Shown here: piece by piece, positions 17,585-27,091 of the stretch | Numbering within the stretch: the first letter of the stretch is position 1 | Layout: each line of letters begins with the position of its first letter | Assembly (NCBI GenBank): GCA_963708295.1 | Contig: CAVPSJ010000017.1 | Coordinates: 320,001 to 384,000 of the forward strand | Source: an uncultured delta proteobacterium | GTDB taxonomy: Bacteria; Desulfobacterota; BSN033; UBA1163 | Direction: 5' to 3' | DNA length: 64,000 nt | Position numbers and translations under genes: made by a program | The notes under the pieces: generated by a model | Seen by the model: only the letters and a program-made list of their open reading frames with translations | What the model was told of the DNA's origin: nothing | The model's database searches: none

Positions 17585-17770
17585 ATGACACAGGAGGAAA
17601 GGCGGTTTATCGTATCCGTTAAAGAGGGAAAACCCCAGTGGGATTTGTTTGGGGTGTCCGGAATCGAGAATCTACCTGGTGTTCGATGGAAGGTTCAAAA
17701 CATACACCGAATGACGCCAATGAAACACCGGGAGGCACTACGAAAACTCCGGGACTACCTTAGCGTATAG
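17585..17770 (+). pseudogene. C-terminal remnant of an AbiEii/AbiGii nucleotidyltransferase toxin
   Basis: ERRFIVSVKEGKPQWDL...LPGVRWKVQNI resembles the AbiEii C-terminus; the N-terminal part is absent. Confidence 0.6.
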
Positions 17771-17938
17771 CCATCATGTTTGACGCTTCCAGTTCCACCC
17801 TAATTAAACGTGCCAGAAAATTAGATACTTCATACTGATATGAGCGCAGTCTTGGACACCGAATTTGCGATATTGCAAGCCTGGCGAGAAAGCCTTACTC
17901 TTAAAAGGACATCTTTGGGTGTCCCTCTTTCTAATGTG

Positions 17939-18689
17939 ATGACAACGGACCCTTTTTCCATTTCAATCCTCTCAGCGGGCAGAGGCTGGCTCGTGGTTGA
18001 GAAGCCCTCCGGGCTGAGCATCCAGGAGAAGCAGGGGCAGGGCCTTCTGTTCCGTCCTTCAGTCTCGGATCAATACCGACCCGGACCTCAGGAACAAGAT
18101 CGACTGTGATCCCGGGTTCGGTGTTCATCCCGTCCACCGCCTTGACCGGGAGACGAGCGGCGTTATCCTCCTGGCTTGCCAGCCCGCGACCTTCAGCTAC
18201 CTCGCCATGCAATTCGAACACCACAAGGTCCGGAAGCACTATATCGCCCTCCTCCACGGAGATCTCCCCGAGCCTGCCGGGGAAGATGGCTGGGGACGCT
18301 GGACTTGGCCCCTGTCTAAGGAGGCGGGGGGCCGCTTACATCCCGAGGGCCGCCCCGGGGCGGTCCCATCCGAAACCCGCTTCCGGGTCATTCGGAGAAG
18401 CGCCCATTACACCCTCATTGAGTGCGACCTTTTGACCGGCCGCAAGCATCAGATCCGGCGTCACGCCCGGCTTGCGGGTCATGCCGTGGTGGGCGATACG
18501 CGGTACGGCACATCCCGGTCCCTCAAGTTCCTACGCGAGGAGATGGGATTTGTCCGACTCGCCCTCCATTCCTTATCCCTTCAGGTCCAGCTACCCGGAG
18601 AGGCGGCACCCCAGGTGTTCCAATCCCCAGCCATTCCCCCGGAGATTCTCCGTCTTCTGGAGGAAGGCCAGGGATCTGAAGAAGGGTGA
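17939..18689 (+). pseudogene. RluA-family pseudouridine synthase copy 2 (+1 frameshift at ~18047; may be a sequence error)
   Basis: Collinear with 11946-12692 but with many substitutions; GGCCTTCTGTTCC here versus GGCCTTTGTTCC in copy 1. Confidence 0.8.
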
Positions 18690-18858
18690 TCCTTCCCGGC
18701 CAAGGTCAAAGTTCAGATCTCATCTTCACCTTTCATCGGCGATTTCATTAACTTGACTTGGTCCTACCCTCGAAGGGCCCTCCAGACTGCCTTGGCTTAT
18801 AGTTTATCTCCCATAGAGAAACTTATGATTTTATGGACGTTATATATCCCTCTCAATC

Positions 18859-18892
18859 AAAAAAAGGGGTTAAGCGAATCGCCTAACCCCTT
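18859..18892 (-). terminator. Intrinsic terminator of tRNA-Phe
   Basis: Minus strand AAGGGGTTAGGCG-ATT-CGCTTAACCCC-TTTTTTT. Confidence 0.8.
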
Positions 18893-18903
18893 GATATTAA
18901 AAG

Positions 18904-18976
<73 letters not shown>

Positions 18977-19083
18977 ATCCTAAGTAACAAGAATTTTATA
19001 TTACAACCCTCTTCGATGTGTCAAGAGTTAATTCAGGCACTGGACTTTAGACTATCAGACGCAGGAATTTTCTGAACCATCGC

Positions 19084-20149
19084 TTATGACGATTCATCTT
19101 TTTCGGATACACCGGCTTCGGAAAAAGTGGCCATTTCATCAAGGATCCTAAGACTGGCCTCTGCCAGAGATATTCCCAAAGCCGCCCCCGTTCCCTCACC
19201 CAGACGAAGGCCAAGATTGAGCAAGGGCTTCAGGCCGAGATGGTCCAAGATGATTCTATGTCCCTCCTCCACCGATTGATGAGATGCGATCAAATAAGGT
19301 TTAGCTTGAGGGGAAAGCGACGTGGCAATCAAGGCGGCGGCACCGGAGATAAAGCCGTCGAGAACGACCGGGATCTGATATCTGGCTCCAGCCAGTATCA
19401 CCCCCGCAATTCCTCCGATCTCAAGACCTCCCACTCTGGACAGCACATCAATGGCATCTTTCGGATCCGGCCGATTTCGTTCCAGCGCCGCCTGGATGAC
19501 CTTGACTTTTTTCTCCCATCCCTTATCATCAAGGCCTGTCCCCCTTCCCGTAACAGCTGCAACGTCAGTCCCTGTCAATGCTGATGTGATTGCACTGGAA
19601 GCCGTCGTGTTGCCGATTCCCATATCGCCGGTTCCTAAAATATCCATTCCTTTCGACAATTCCTCTTCAACCAACTCAATTCCCGCTTCAATCGAACGGA
19701 TCGCTTCCTCTCTTGCTCATGGCAGGTCCTTTGGCCATGTTCTGAGTTCCCATCGCCACTTTTTTGTCTACCAGATCGGAATGTCGTTCAAGGACGGAGG
19801 CCACTCCCAGGTCTGCGATGACCACCCTGGCTCCTATATGTCGGGCGAGTACATTGATTGCGGCCCCACCTCGAAGAAAATTATAGACCATCTGGGGGGT
19901 AACTTCAGACGGATAGGCGCTGACTCCTTCTTTCGTAATACCGTGGTCTCCGGCCAACGTAAAGATGACTTTGTGAGCAATCCGGGGCCTTGGGTTTCCT
20001 TTGATTCCTGCGACCTGGATAGAGAGGGACTCAAGCTGCCCCAACGAGCCTTGCGGTTTCGTGAGATCATTTTGTCTCTTTCTGGCCTCTGCCATGGCCT
20101 CTTTATTTAACGGTTTGATTTCTGCAAGGGTACGGTTCATTTTTTCCAT
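19084..20149 (-). CDS. cobT: Nicotinate-nucleotide--dimethylbenzimidazole phosphoribosyltransferase (one +1 frameshift at ~19714)
   Basis: LTKPQGSLGQLE, AGDHG, GDMGIGNTT, LDGFI and LRLGEGTGA across ORFs 19688-20149 and 19084-19674. Confidence 0.92.
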
Positions 20150-20395
20150 CGATTTTTCCTATCCTCCTGATTTCTCCCTCACCCGCCATCGGAATGCGCA
20201 CGTTTAGGGTAAGAGGCTATTATCGCTGACGCAAGAAACTCAATTCTGCATGGATTTGAAGCCCCTGAGTTCCATGATTAAAAGGTTGCGCTCTAAAGCT
20301 TCCTCACCCGCCTGTCTGCCCCGTTTCTTAGAATTTCTGTCACTTCTCCCCATCATGACAAGGTCTCCTTCGGAGAGGGCAGGGTGGGGTGTATG

Positions 20396-21349
20396 TCAAT
20401 TTATAAAATACATTTGAACTAAAATGACGATGATCACAGCAATGAGAGAGTTGACGAGCATAAAGTTAAGCGATTCCTTTGCCACGTTTCGATCGATCGG
20501 TCTTTCGGGTTCTCCGATCAAAGGTTTCTCCTCGACTCTTCCGAAGTAGAAATTCTTCCCCCCTAATTGAACCCCAAGCGCTCCAGCCATCGCTGCTTCA
20601 GGATATCCGCTGTTGGGGCTCGGATGCTTTCTGCCATCTCTCCGTGCCGCTCTCCATGCCCCTCTCCAATTCTTCCTCAGGGTGAAGGAGGAAAGGACAA
20701 ACAAAAGTGCGGTCAGCCGTGAAGGGATGAGGTTAGCGAGGTCGTCTCCCCTCGCCGACGCCCACCCGAGATATCGATAGCGGTCATTTCGATAACCCAC
20801 CATCGAGTCCAAAGTATTGAGAGCTTTGTAGGCCATGGCCAAAGGAGGGCCTCCGATGACCAAATAGAACAAGGGGGCCACGATACCGTCCGAGGTGTTT
20901 TCCGAAACGGTCTCAATCAGGGCTCGGCAGATTTCTTTCTCATCGAGATGATTCGTCTCTCGACCGACGAGGAATCCAATTTGTTTCCGAGCAAGGGCAA
21001 GGTCTTCCTGCTCCAAAGCCCGGATGACCTTTCTGGGCTCATCATAGAGATTTCGTGTTGCCAGTGTGGTATAGGCAAAAAAAATGGAGATGACGGACGA
21101 AAAAACAGGATGGACCCAGCCCGCCATTCGGATGATGGCCCATGTCGAGATCCCTGCCCCGGAGACGATGGTGGCAGCCAGGATCACCCCTGAAAGGCGT
21201 TGCATCCGAGGCGTGTGGGCCCGTTGAAGAAGCTTTTTCTCAAGAAAGGAGATGGTCCTTCCTATCCATTTTACCGGATGAGGGTAACCGGGAGGGTCTC
21301 CAAAAAGTAGATCGGCGACATAGGCCGCTGAGATTTCGAGAACAGTCAT
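20396..21349 (-). CDS. cbiB: Adenosylcobinamide-phosphate synthase CbiB
   Basis: FGDPPGYPHPV, LVGRET, ETVSENTSDG, NTLDSMVGY, HPSPNSGYPEAA. Confidence 0.93.
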   Translation of the reverse strand: MTVLEISAAYVADLLFGDPPGYPHPVKWIGRTISFLEKKLLQRAHTPRMQRLSGVILAATIVSGAGISTWAIIRMAGWVHPVFSSVISIFFAYTTLATRNLYDEPRKVIRALEQEDLALARKQIGFLVGRETNHLDEKEICRALIETVSENTSDGIVAPLFYLVIGGPPLAMAYKALNTLDSMVGYRNDRYRYLGWASARGDDLANLIPSRLTALLFVLSSFTLRKNWRGAWRAARRDGRKHPSPNSGYPEAAMAGALGVQLGGKNFYFGRVEEKPLIGEPERPIDRNVAKESLNFMLVNSLIAVIIVILVQMYFIN

Positions 21350-21406
21350 GGGATTATCCGGGAAATAGGACAGCGCAAACGGCACGGAACGGTTTGAAAC
21401 CGTTCT

Positions 21407-22144
21407 CTACTTCAAAATAATAAGAAAGATGAGGCATAAGAGCTCCGAGAGTTCATTTGCCGCGCCGAGAATGTCTCCTGTCACTCCGCCCAATTTCTTC
21501 AGAAAGAAAAGACGAAATGCGAGACTGAAAAGCCCGATCCCTAAAAAGACCATCCCCCCGTCCAGCCCCCGAAGCAGCAGTCCAATACCCAATCCTGAAG
21601 CGGAAGAGATGATCATTTCCCGGGTGGTCAGGTTTTCAACAAAAGGTTTGGCCAATCCTCCGCCAGCCCTGGCATAGGGCGATCGAAAACAGACCCAAAC
21701 CATAGAATTTCTTCCCATCACCGTCATCAAGATGAGTGAGTAGGGAACGGATGGCCCCACCATTTGTTCTAAAGCAAGATACTTGGCTCCGATCAGGAGG
21801 ATAAGGCCGACGACTCCGAAGGCGCCGATTCTGCTATCTTTCATCACTTCCAGGATATCTTCTTTGGGTCCGCCAGCGGCGAAACCATCGATGGTATCTG
21901 CAAATCCATCCAGATGGAGGCCTCTGGTCAGGAGGACGAGACATCCCAATGTCAACCAGAGAACAAGGGAATTGGAGAAGAGATAGGAGAGCAAGAAGTA
22001 GGCGACGGCCAAGAGCAGGCCGATCACCAAGCCCACCCAAGGAAAGAAAGCCATCGAACGGGCTAATCCCTTTTCATCGGGAAGCGGAAGTCGAGTCATC
22101 GGCAGAATGGTAAGGAAAGAAAGTGCTTGAAGGAAATCTTTCAT
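21407..22144 (-). CDS. cobS: Adenosylcobinamide-GDP ribazoletransferase
   Basis: ALSFLTILP, GLHLDGFADTIDG, MKDSRIGAFG, GGVTGDILGA. Confidence 0.95.
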   Translation of the reverse strand: MKDFLQALSFLTILPMTRLPLPDEKGLARSMAFFPWVGLVIGLLLAVAYFLLSYLFSNSLVLWLTLGCLVLLTRGLHLDGFADTIDGFAAGGPKEDILEVMKDSRIGAFGVVGLILLIGAKYLALEQMVGPSVPYSLILMTVMGRNSMVWVCFRSPYARAGGGLAKPFVENLTTREMIISSASGLGIGLLLRGLDGGMVFLGIGLFSLAFRLFFLKKLGGVTGDILGAANELSELLCLIFLIILK

Positions 22145-22671
22145 TTTTCCCTCTTCAAAAATACGGGCATCCCTGAAACCATAAAGACGACCGTTTGTGC
22201 CACGGCAGCGATCTTCTGATTAGCCATCCCTGCTAAATCCCTGAAGCGGCGACCTAACGATTCCACCGGTACAATCCCCATCCCGACCTCATTTGAGACA
22301 ATGATGAACGACGATTGGCCCTGTTTCACCGTATCGAGCAATGTGCTTACCTCATTCATGACTTCAGGATCGCTCTTCTGTCTCATCAAAAGATTAGAGA
22401 GCCAGAGCGTCATACAGTCCAGAAGAATAACTTCCGTATGATTCGCGTGCTGTCTGATCGCATCAGCAACCTTGATCGGTTCTTCAACCGTCTGCCAGTC
22501 CAAACCCCTCTTCTTTTTGTGATCTTCGATGCGCTTAGCCATCTCTTCATCGAAGGCTTCAGCGGTCGCCAGGTAGAGCTTTTTATGGAAATGGTGATTG
22601 GCATAATCCAATGCAAATTGGCTTTTGCCGCTTCGACATCCCCCGGTGACAAAAATCAATGTTGTATCCAT
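22141..22671 (-). CDS. cobU: Adenosylcobinamide kinase/phosphate guanylyltransferase
   Basis: TGGCRSGKS, LLDCMTLWLSN, VSNEVGMGIVP, FRDLAG. Confidence 0.95.
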   Translation of the reverse strand: MDTTLIFVTGGCRSGKSQFALDYANHHFHKKLYLATAEAFDEEMAKRIEDHKKKRGLDWQTVEEPIKVADAIRQHANHTEVILLDCMTLWLSNLLMRQKSDPEVMNEVSTLLDTVKQGQSSFIIVSNEVGMGIVPVESLGRRFRDLAGMANQKIAAVAQTVVFMVSGMPVFLKREK

Positions 22672-23702
22672 TTCTCCTCCAGAATGGAGAGCGAACTCCT
22701 GAGTTCATTCATTGAAAAAACCTCTATCGAGACGATCCCATGATAATGGCGAAGGGAGGACAGAATGAGATCCAGCTCTGGCTCCGGCAATGTATCAATT
22801 CCGAGGTGGTCCGAACCGTTGCGAAATCCGTGAAGATGGATGATGGAAGTCCCGGGAAGATAAGTTTCCAGATAATGCCGGAGATCATAGCCGTGGGTCA
22901 GGATGTGGCCAATATCGAGACATACGGAAAGCCCAAATTCCCTGACGTTGTCTTCGATCCATTCGAAGGGATACCCGAGAGTTTCGATGGAAATCCGTTT
23001 GCTTTCGATTCCGGAATCCAGAATTTCCTTTATGGATTGGGACACGCGCCGTTGCCATGCCTCGATATCCCTTTCCTGGACAGATTCCTCCCCTCCTCCC
23101 GTGAGAGACTGTGTCGTCATCCTCTTTTTGTCATTGCGAGCGAACGAAGCGGGCGTGCCTGCACGCCGAAGTGCCCCGTCAAGAGCATCTGATGAGTAAG
23201 AGTTTCGGCACGCAGGCGTGGCAATCGCTCTATTTCGAATGCCTCTTGAGATTGTTTCGGTCGTTTCACTCCTTCGCAATGACATTGCGAAGGAGGTTCT
23301 TGGTAAAAAAGGAATGGGGGGATTTATAAAATCGAGATGAAGCGTGTAGACGGATGGATTCAAGGGAAGGGTCCGTTCCATCACTGTTTTTATTATAGAA
23401 GTCCCATGGGTTCTGACGTCGTCACGTTCATCCCCAAGAGATACATCGAGAGGCAAATGAATATTGAAGCCCAGACGGTGGAGTTTGGAGAGTTCAACGA
23501 GGTGGTCAATCACGCCGGGGTCTGGAATACGATCGGGCTTCTCGCTCTCGAAGAGGACCAATTCGATCTCATCGAAAAAAGGACCCAGCTTGGCGACATT
23601 GGGGACGATCTCGTCGGGATAAATGTAAGAGGTCGTCCCCAGCTTGAAAGGAAATCTTCCCCGGTAATTTTTAAGCATCCATGAGTCCAATTTTTTTCTC
23701 AA
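22656..23702 (-). CDS. cbiR: Cobamide-remodelling phosphodiesterase CbiR-like (AP endonuclease 2 TIM barrel) carrying an in-frame repeat-derived insertion
   Basis: FKLGTTSYIYP, EIELVLFES, IHLPLD, ISIETL, CLDIGH, IHLHG..DH, SIEVF; lies directly upstream of cobU-cobS. Confidence 0.8.
   Translation of the reverse strand: MRKKLDSWMLKNYRGRFPFKLGTTSYIYPDEIVPNVAKLGPFFDEIELVLFESEKPDRIPDPGVIDHLVELSKLHRLGFNIHLPLDVSLGDERDDVRTHGTSIIKTVMERTLPLNPSVYTLHLDFINPPIPFLPRTSFAMSLRRSETTETISRGIRNRAIATPACRNSYSSDALDGALRRAGTPASFARNDKKRMTTQSLTGGGEESVQERDIEAWQRRVSQSIKEILDSGIESKRISIETLGYPFEWIEDNVREFGLSVCLDIGHILTHGYDLRHYLETYLPGTSIIHLHGFRNGSDHLGIDTLPEPELDLILSSLRHYHGIVSIEVFSMNELRSSLSILEEKWIQH
23085..23327. repeat. Nested palindromic repeats inserted in frame in cbiR
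   Basis: GTCATTGCGAG...TCGCAATGAC (23130-23283) contains CCTGCACGCCGAA...TTCGGCACGCAGG flanked by a CGTG duplication; GAGACTGTGTCG MITE-like end at 23105. Confidence 0.85.
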
Positions 23703-23713
23703 TAATGGGAGAG

Positions 23714-24445
23714 CTATGGGGACAACAGCGACTTTCTCAGATTGACGACCTTCCCGACGACAAAAACGGCCGGAGCGTTGATATGCTGTGCCTTTGATTT
23801 CTTAAAGATATTTTCCAAATTTCCCTGGACAACCTTCTGGCCGGGAAGCGTTCCTTTTTCAATCAGCGCGCAGGGGGTTTCCGGGCTTCTTCCATCTTCC
23901 AGAAGCTTCTCGGCGATCCTCTGCAAGTTTGCTACGGGCATCAGGAAAACCAGGGTGTCGGCATTGGCGATCTTGACTTCCTCGTCATCTCTCCGATGTC
24001 CGGTAATGACTGCCACCGAGGAGGCATAATCACGGTGTGTCAAGGGTACTCCTGCGGCAGCAGGAACGGCGACTGCTGAACTGACGCCGGAGACAACCTC
24101 AAAGGGAATGTTCTTCTCGACCAGGGAGGCGGCCTCTTCCGCCCCGCGGCCAAAGACGTACGGATCGCCATTCTTCAAACGGACGACGACCGAATGCTTT
24201 CTTGCTTTTTCGACCAGCAGTCGATTGATCTCCTCTTGTTTCATCGTGTGATGGGATGAAGATTTTCCAGCGCAGATCAGCTCGGCCCCCTTCCTGGCGA
24301 AAGACAGGAGGCGCTGATCGATCAGAAAATCATAAACGATCACATCCGCCTGTTGAATGAGTCTCAGCCCTTTGACGGTGATCAATTCCGGATCGCCGGG
24401 ACCCGCCCCCACCAGATAGACCTTGCCTTTTCTTTCCTCTTTCAT
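23714..24445 (-). CDS. cobA: Uroporphyrinogen-III C-methyltransferase
   Basis: GKVYLVGAGPGDPELITVKG, VRLKNGDPYVFGRG, PLTHR. Confidence 0.93.
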   Translation of the reverse strand: MKEERKGKVYLVGAGPGDPELITVKGLRLIQQADVIVYDFLIDQRLLSFARKGAELICAGKSSSHHTMKQEEINRLLVEKARKHSVVVRLKNGDPYVFGRGAEEAASLVEKNIPFEVVSGVSSAVAVPAAAGVPLTHRDYASSVAVITGHRRDDEEVKIANADTLVFLMPVANLQRIAEKLLEDGRSPETPCALIEKGTLPGQKVVQGNLENIFKKSKAQHINAPAVFVVGKVVNLRKSLLSP

Positions 24446-24451
24446 TGCAAT

Positions 24452-24925
24452 CTACCCCTTTGTCTTTGCGAGTTTTCTTTTTTCGATAAACTTCCTTATC
24501 CTGTCTCGGATGCGTACGGACGTCGCAGGAGAAAGGCCATCCGTTGAAACAGCGATGGAGACCCCTCTCTTTCGAAGCACTGCCGGAAGGATGAAGGCGG
24601 AGTCCTTTGCCGAATCGACGACATTGACAAGGAGCTTCCGCTTTGCCGCATCTCTGGCGATCTCTGCATTGACTTTACGGTCGGAAGTGGCGGCATAGAC
24701 CAGAAAAGCTCCCTTCAGATGGCTGGCCCGGTATTCACTCCGGGTATCATCGATCTTCCGTTGGCTTACCCATTTCGACAAGCGATCGGTCAAATCGGGG
24801 CTGACCACCCTGACCCGGGCTCCGCAGAGAAGGAGGTTTCTCACCTTTCTTTCCGCTACCCTTCCTCCCCCGATCACCACGCAGCGTCTATCTTTGATAT
24901 TCAGGTTGATCGGATAATATTTCAT
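24452..24925 (-). CDS. sirC: Precorrin-2 dehydrogenase (SirC/CysG N-terminal domain)
   Basis: YYPINL, VIGGGRVAERK, VNVVD, FILPA, IAVSTDG.SP. Confidence 0.85.
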   Translation of the reverse strand: MKYYPINLNIKDRRCVVIGGGRVAERKVRNLLLCGARVRVVSPDLTDRLSKWVSQRKIDDTRSEYRASHLKGAFLVYAATSDRKVNAEIARDAAKRKLLVNVVDSAKDSAFILPAVLRKRGVSIAVSTDGLSPATSVRIRDRIRKFIEKRKLAKTKG

Positions 24926-24991
24926 TGTTTTCGATCACTCCATCCAATGGCAAGCACCCGTATGTTCTCCCTCACCCTTACCCTCTTCCCT

Positions 24992-25220
24992 GGAGACTGT
25001 GTCGCAAAGGAACGTCCGAGGAGAGAGGTAGTCGGGTTCCAAAGTTTTAGAATGCGGGTTTTTTAGGTATGCGAAACCATCGTTGGCTCAAAATTATATG
25101 TCTTCATATGGTTGGCGACCCTGAATCCAAACGGTTAAAGGTTGCCGCTCTAAATCTTTTTCACCCGACCGCCTCTCTCTTTTTCGAAAAGCGGTGCTTT
25201 CATATTGCGACACAGCCTCC
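24992..25220. mobile_element. MITE with 16-bp TIRs inserted in the loop of a REP-like hairpin
   Basis: Ends GGAGACTGTGTCGCAA and TTGCGACACAGCCTCC (1 mismatch); flanked by CCCTCACCCTTACCCTCTTCCC and GGGGAGAGGG. Confidence 0.8.
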
Positions 25221-25316
25221 CGGGGAGAGGGGACAATCGAAGTAATTTCTACGCAAGATGCGGCCTCCGGAGCCTGACCGCCGCCATCTTGGTTACTTTG
25301 AATTCCCCTTTGGAAT

Positions 25317-26189
25317 TCATTTGGGATTTGGAGCTTGGAATTTGGCATTTTTATTTTGCTTCCGTTCGTATCCCCGGGGAGTGATCATGTAGCTGCCCTT
25401 CGTGAAAGTCTTTGAATTGCCCACGATGACCGTTGCTCCCATATCGATCTGCTTGACCCTAAGCATTTCCTTCAAGGGAACGAGTATGACTTCTTCATCG
25501 GCCCTTCTCGCATTTCGTACAACCCCTACGGGAGTTTGGGGGGACCGGTATTTCAACAGAATTTCCCACGCTTTTTCAAGAGGCTTGATCCTTTTCTTGC
25601 TCTTCGGATTGTAGAAGACGATGACAAAATCGCCCTGGCAAGCGGACCGGATCCTCTTCTCAATCACCTTGGCATCCGTCAGGAGATCGCTTAAAGAGAT
25701 CACTGCAAAATCGTTCATCAAGGGCGCTCCCAGGAGACTGGCGCAGCTGGAGGCTGCCGTCACTCCCGGAACAATCTCCAAGGGAATTTTTGAATCCCCC
25801 TCCTTCGCGAGAAGCTCGAGGATGACCCCGGCCATGCCATAGATGCCCGGGTCACCACTTGAAACGAGACAGACATCGTTTCCCGCAAGGGCCTTCTCAA
25901 TCGCTCTTCCGGCCCGGGTGAGCTCCTGTGTCATCCCCGAAGAGATGATCTCCTTGCCGGCCAAGAGACCCCCGGTCAGATCGCTATCGAGAAGCCGGAG
26001 GTAGGCCTGGTAGCCCACAATGACGTCACAGTTTCTGAGGGCTTGATAGGCCCGTGGGGTCAAGGAATCCCTGTCTCCAGGGCCGATTCCGACAATCCTT
26101 AACCTTCCCTGGCGATGGCCACGCAGACCCTGCCTTGCTTGAGTTTGGGCACGATCAGCTTTGTCTTTCTTCCTGCCAAGAGTGCGCAA
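25317..26189 (-). CDS. cbiH: Precorrin-3B C17-methyltransferase (possibly fused to CbiG via a 1-nt indel)
   Basis: IVGIGPG, SSGDPGIYGMA, GAPLMNDFAVISLSDLLT, YNPKS, MITPRGY. Confidence 0.9.
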   Translation of the reverse strand: MRTLGRKKDKADRAQTQARQGLRGHRQGRLRIVGIGPGDRDSLTPRAYQALRNCDVIVGYQAYLRLLDSDLTGGLLAGKEIISSGMTQELTRAGRAIEKALAGNDVCLVSSGDPGIYGMAGVILELLAKEGDSKIPLEIVPGVTAASSCASLLGAPLMNDFAVISLSDLLTDAKVIEKRIRSACQGDFVIVFYNPKSKKRIKPLEKAWEILLKYRSPQTPVGVVRNARRADEEVILVPLKEMLRVKQIDMGATVIVGNSKTFTKGSYMITPRGYERKQNKNAKFQAPNPK

Positions 26190-26839
26190 GGTTCGCTCAC
26201 CCCCTCCACTCCGATTTTTTCTTTAACAAAGGAGGACCTATGGTAAGGTCCGTTAAAACGCTTAACCTGATCCATGGAAACTATTTTCAAAGGAAGACCC
26301 AGGTGGAGGCAGGCCCCCTTCAGGCCGGGTTCATCTCCCTTTAGGCCGATTGTCGCAACGCACCGGATGTCCTCTCTCGAGCATTCGCCTTTTTTTAGAG
26401 CCCGGTCGATCGCTTCAAGGATCTCTTCCTGGCTCGTCCCTTTTCGACAGCCGACGCCAACGATCAGACGCTTCATCGTTTCAGAGGCGGTTGTGATCAC
26501 CGATTCGGCGCGGAGAATGGAAGCCACCTGGCTGGCCAGCCGGTTGGCCCCTCCTTCGTGACCGGAGAGGGCGCTGATCGCAAACCTTCTGTTTTCGTCC
26601 ACCACGACGACCGCGGGATCGGTATGTTTGCTTTTGATGAACGGCGCAATCACCCGGATGACGATTCCCAAAGCCATGATAAAGATGAGCCCTTCATATT
26701 GATCAAAAATTTCTGCCACCGTCTTCCGAAGGGCATTGGACTCGGATAAGAAATAGACCTGGTTTTCTTCGAGGGAGACGGCCAGTTCTTGAGCCGTCTC
26801 GTTCCCTTCCTTCGTAATGGCGATGATGGCTACCTTCAC
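26099..26839 (-). CDS. cbiG: Cobalt-precorrin-5A hydrolase CbiG (short form)
   Basis: MALGIVIRVIAP..SKHTDPAVVV, LSGHEGGAN, VGVGCRKG, GVSEPCA. Confidence 0.9.
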   Translation of the reverse strand: MKVAIIAITKEGNETAQELAVSLEENQVYFLSESNALRKTVAEIFDQYEGLIFIMALGIVIRVIAPFIKSKHTDPAVVVVDENRRFAISALSGHEGGANRLASQVASILRAESVITTASETMKRLIVGVGCRKGTSQEEILEAIDRALKKGECSREDIRCVATIGLKGDEPGLKGACLHLGLPLKIVSMDQVKRFNGPYHRSSFVKEKIGVEGVSEPCALLAGRKTKLIVPKLKQGRVCVAIAREG

Positions 26840-27090
26840 CCCGCCCTTCCTTTCATAAAGGTATTTTTCAACCTGAGCTTTAAGCGTCCTAATGCACTAC
26901 CGCGATGTTCTAAACGTTTTTCCCTTTCGAAATCATCCTTTCAACAGGGAGTAAGTGTTTTGTAGAATATACTTTTCCATTTTGATGTTCTTTCATTCTT
27001 TTTTCTAAAGTTGAGGTACATCCAACATAAATAGAAGCATTTCTCTTGCTTTCCGACACCTATACGAAAAATCAATTAGGACGGGCGGGG
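26836..27090 (-). mobile_element. AT-rich mini-element with a decayed GIY-YIG nuclease gene and 8-bp terminal inverted repeats
   Basis: Minus-strand translation FFV*VSESKRNASIYVGCTSTLEKRMKEHQNGKVYSTK, then in another frame KDDFEREKRLEHRGSALGRLKLRLKNTFMKGRAG*; CCCCGCCC at 26839-26846 and GGGCGGGG at 27083-27090. Confidence 0.8.
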
Positions 27091-27091
27091 C

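Larger units (their letters stand above)
12862..18903. mobile_element. Genomic (defence) islet at the 3' end of tRNA-Phe; no integrase visible
   Basis: Bounded by the intact tRNA-Phe and its displaced 3' fragment; carries TA and defence-type genes. Confidence 0.75.
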
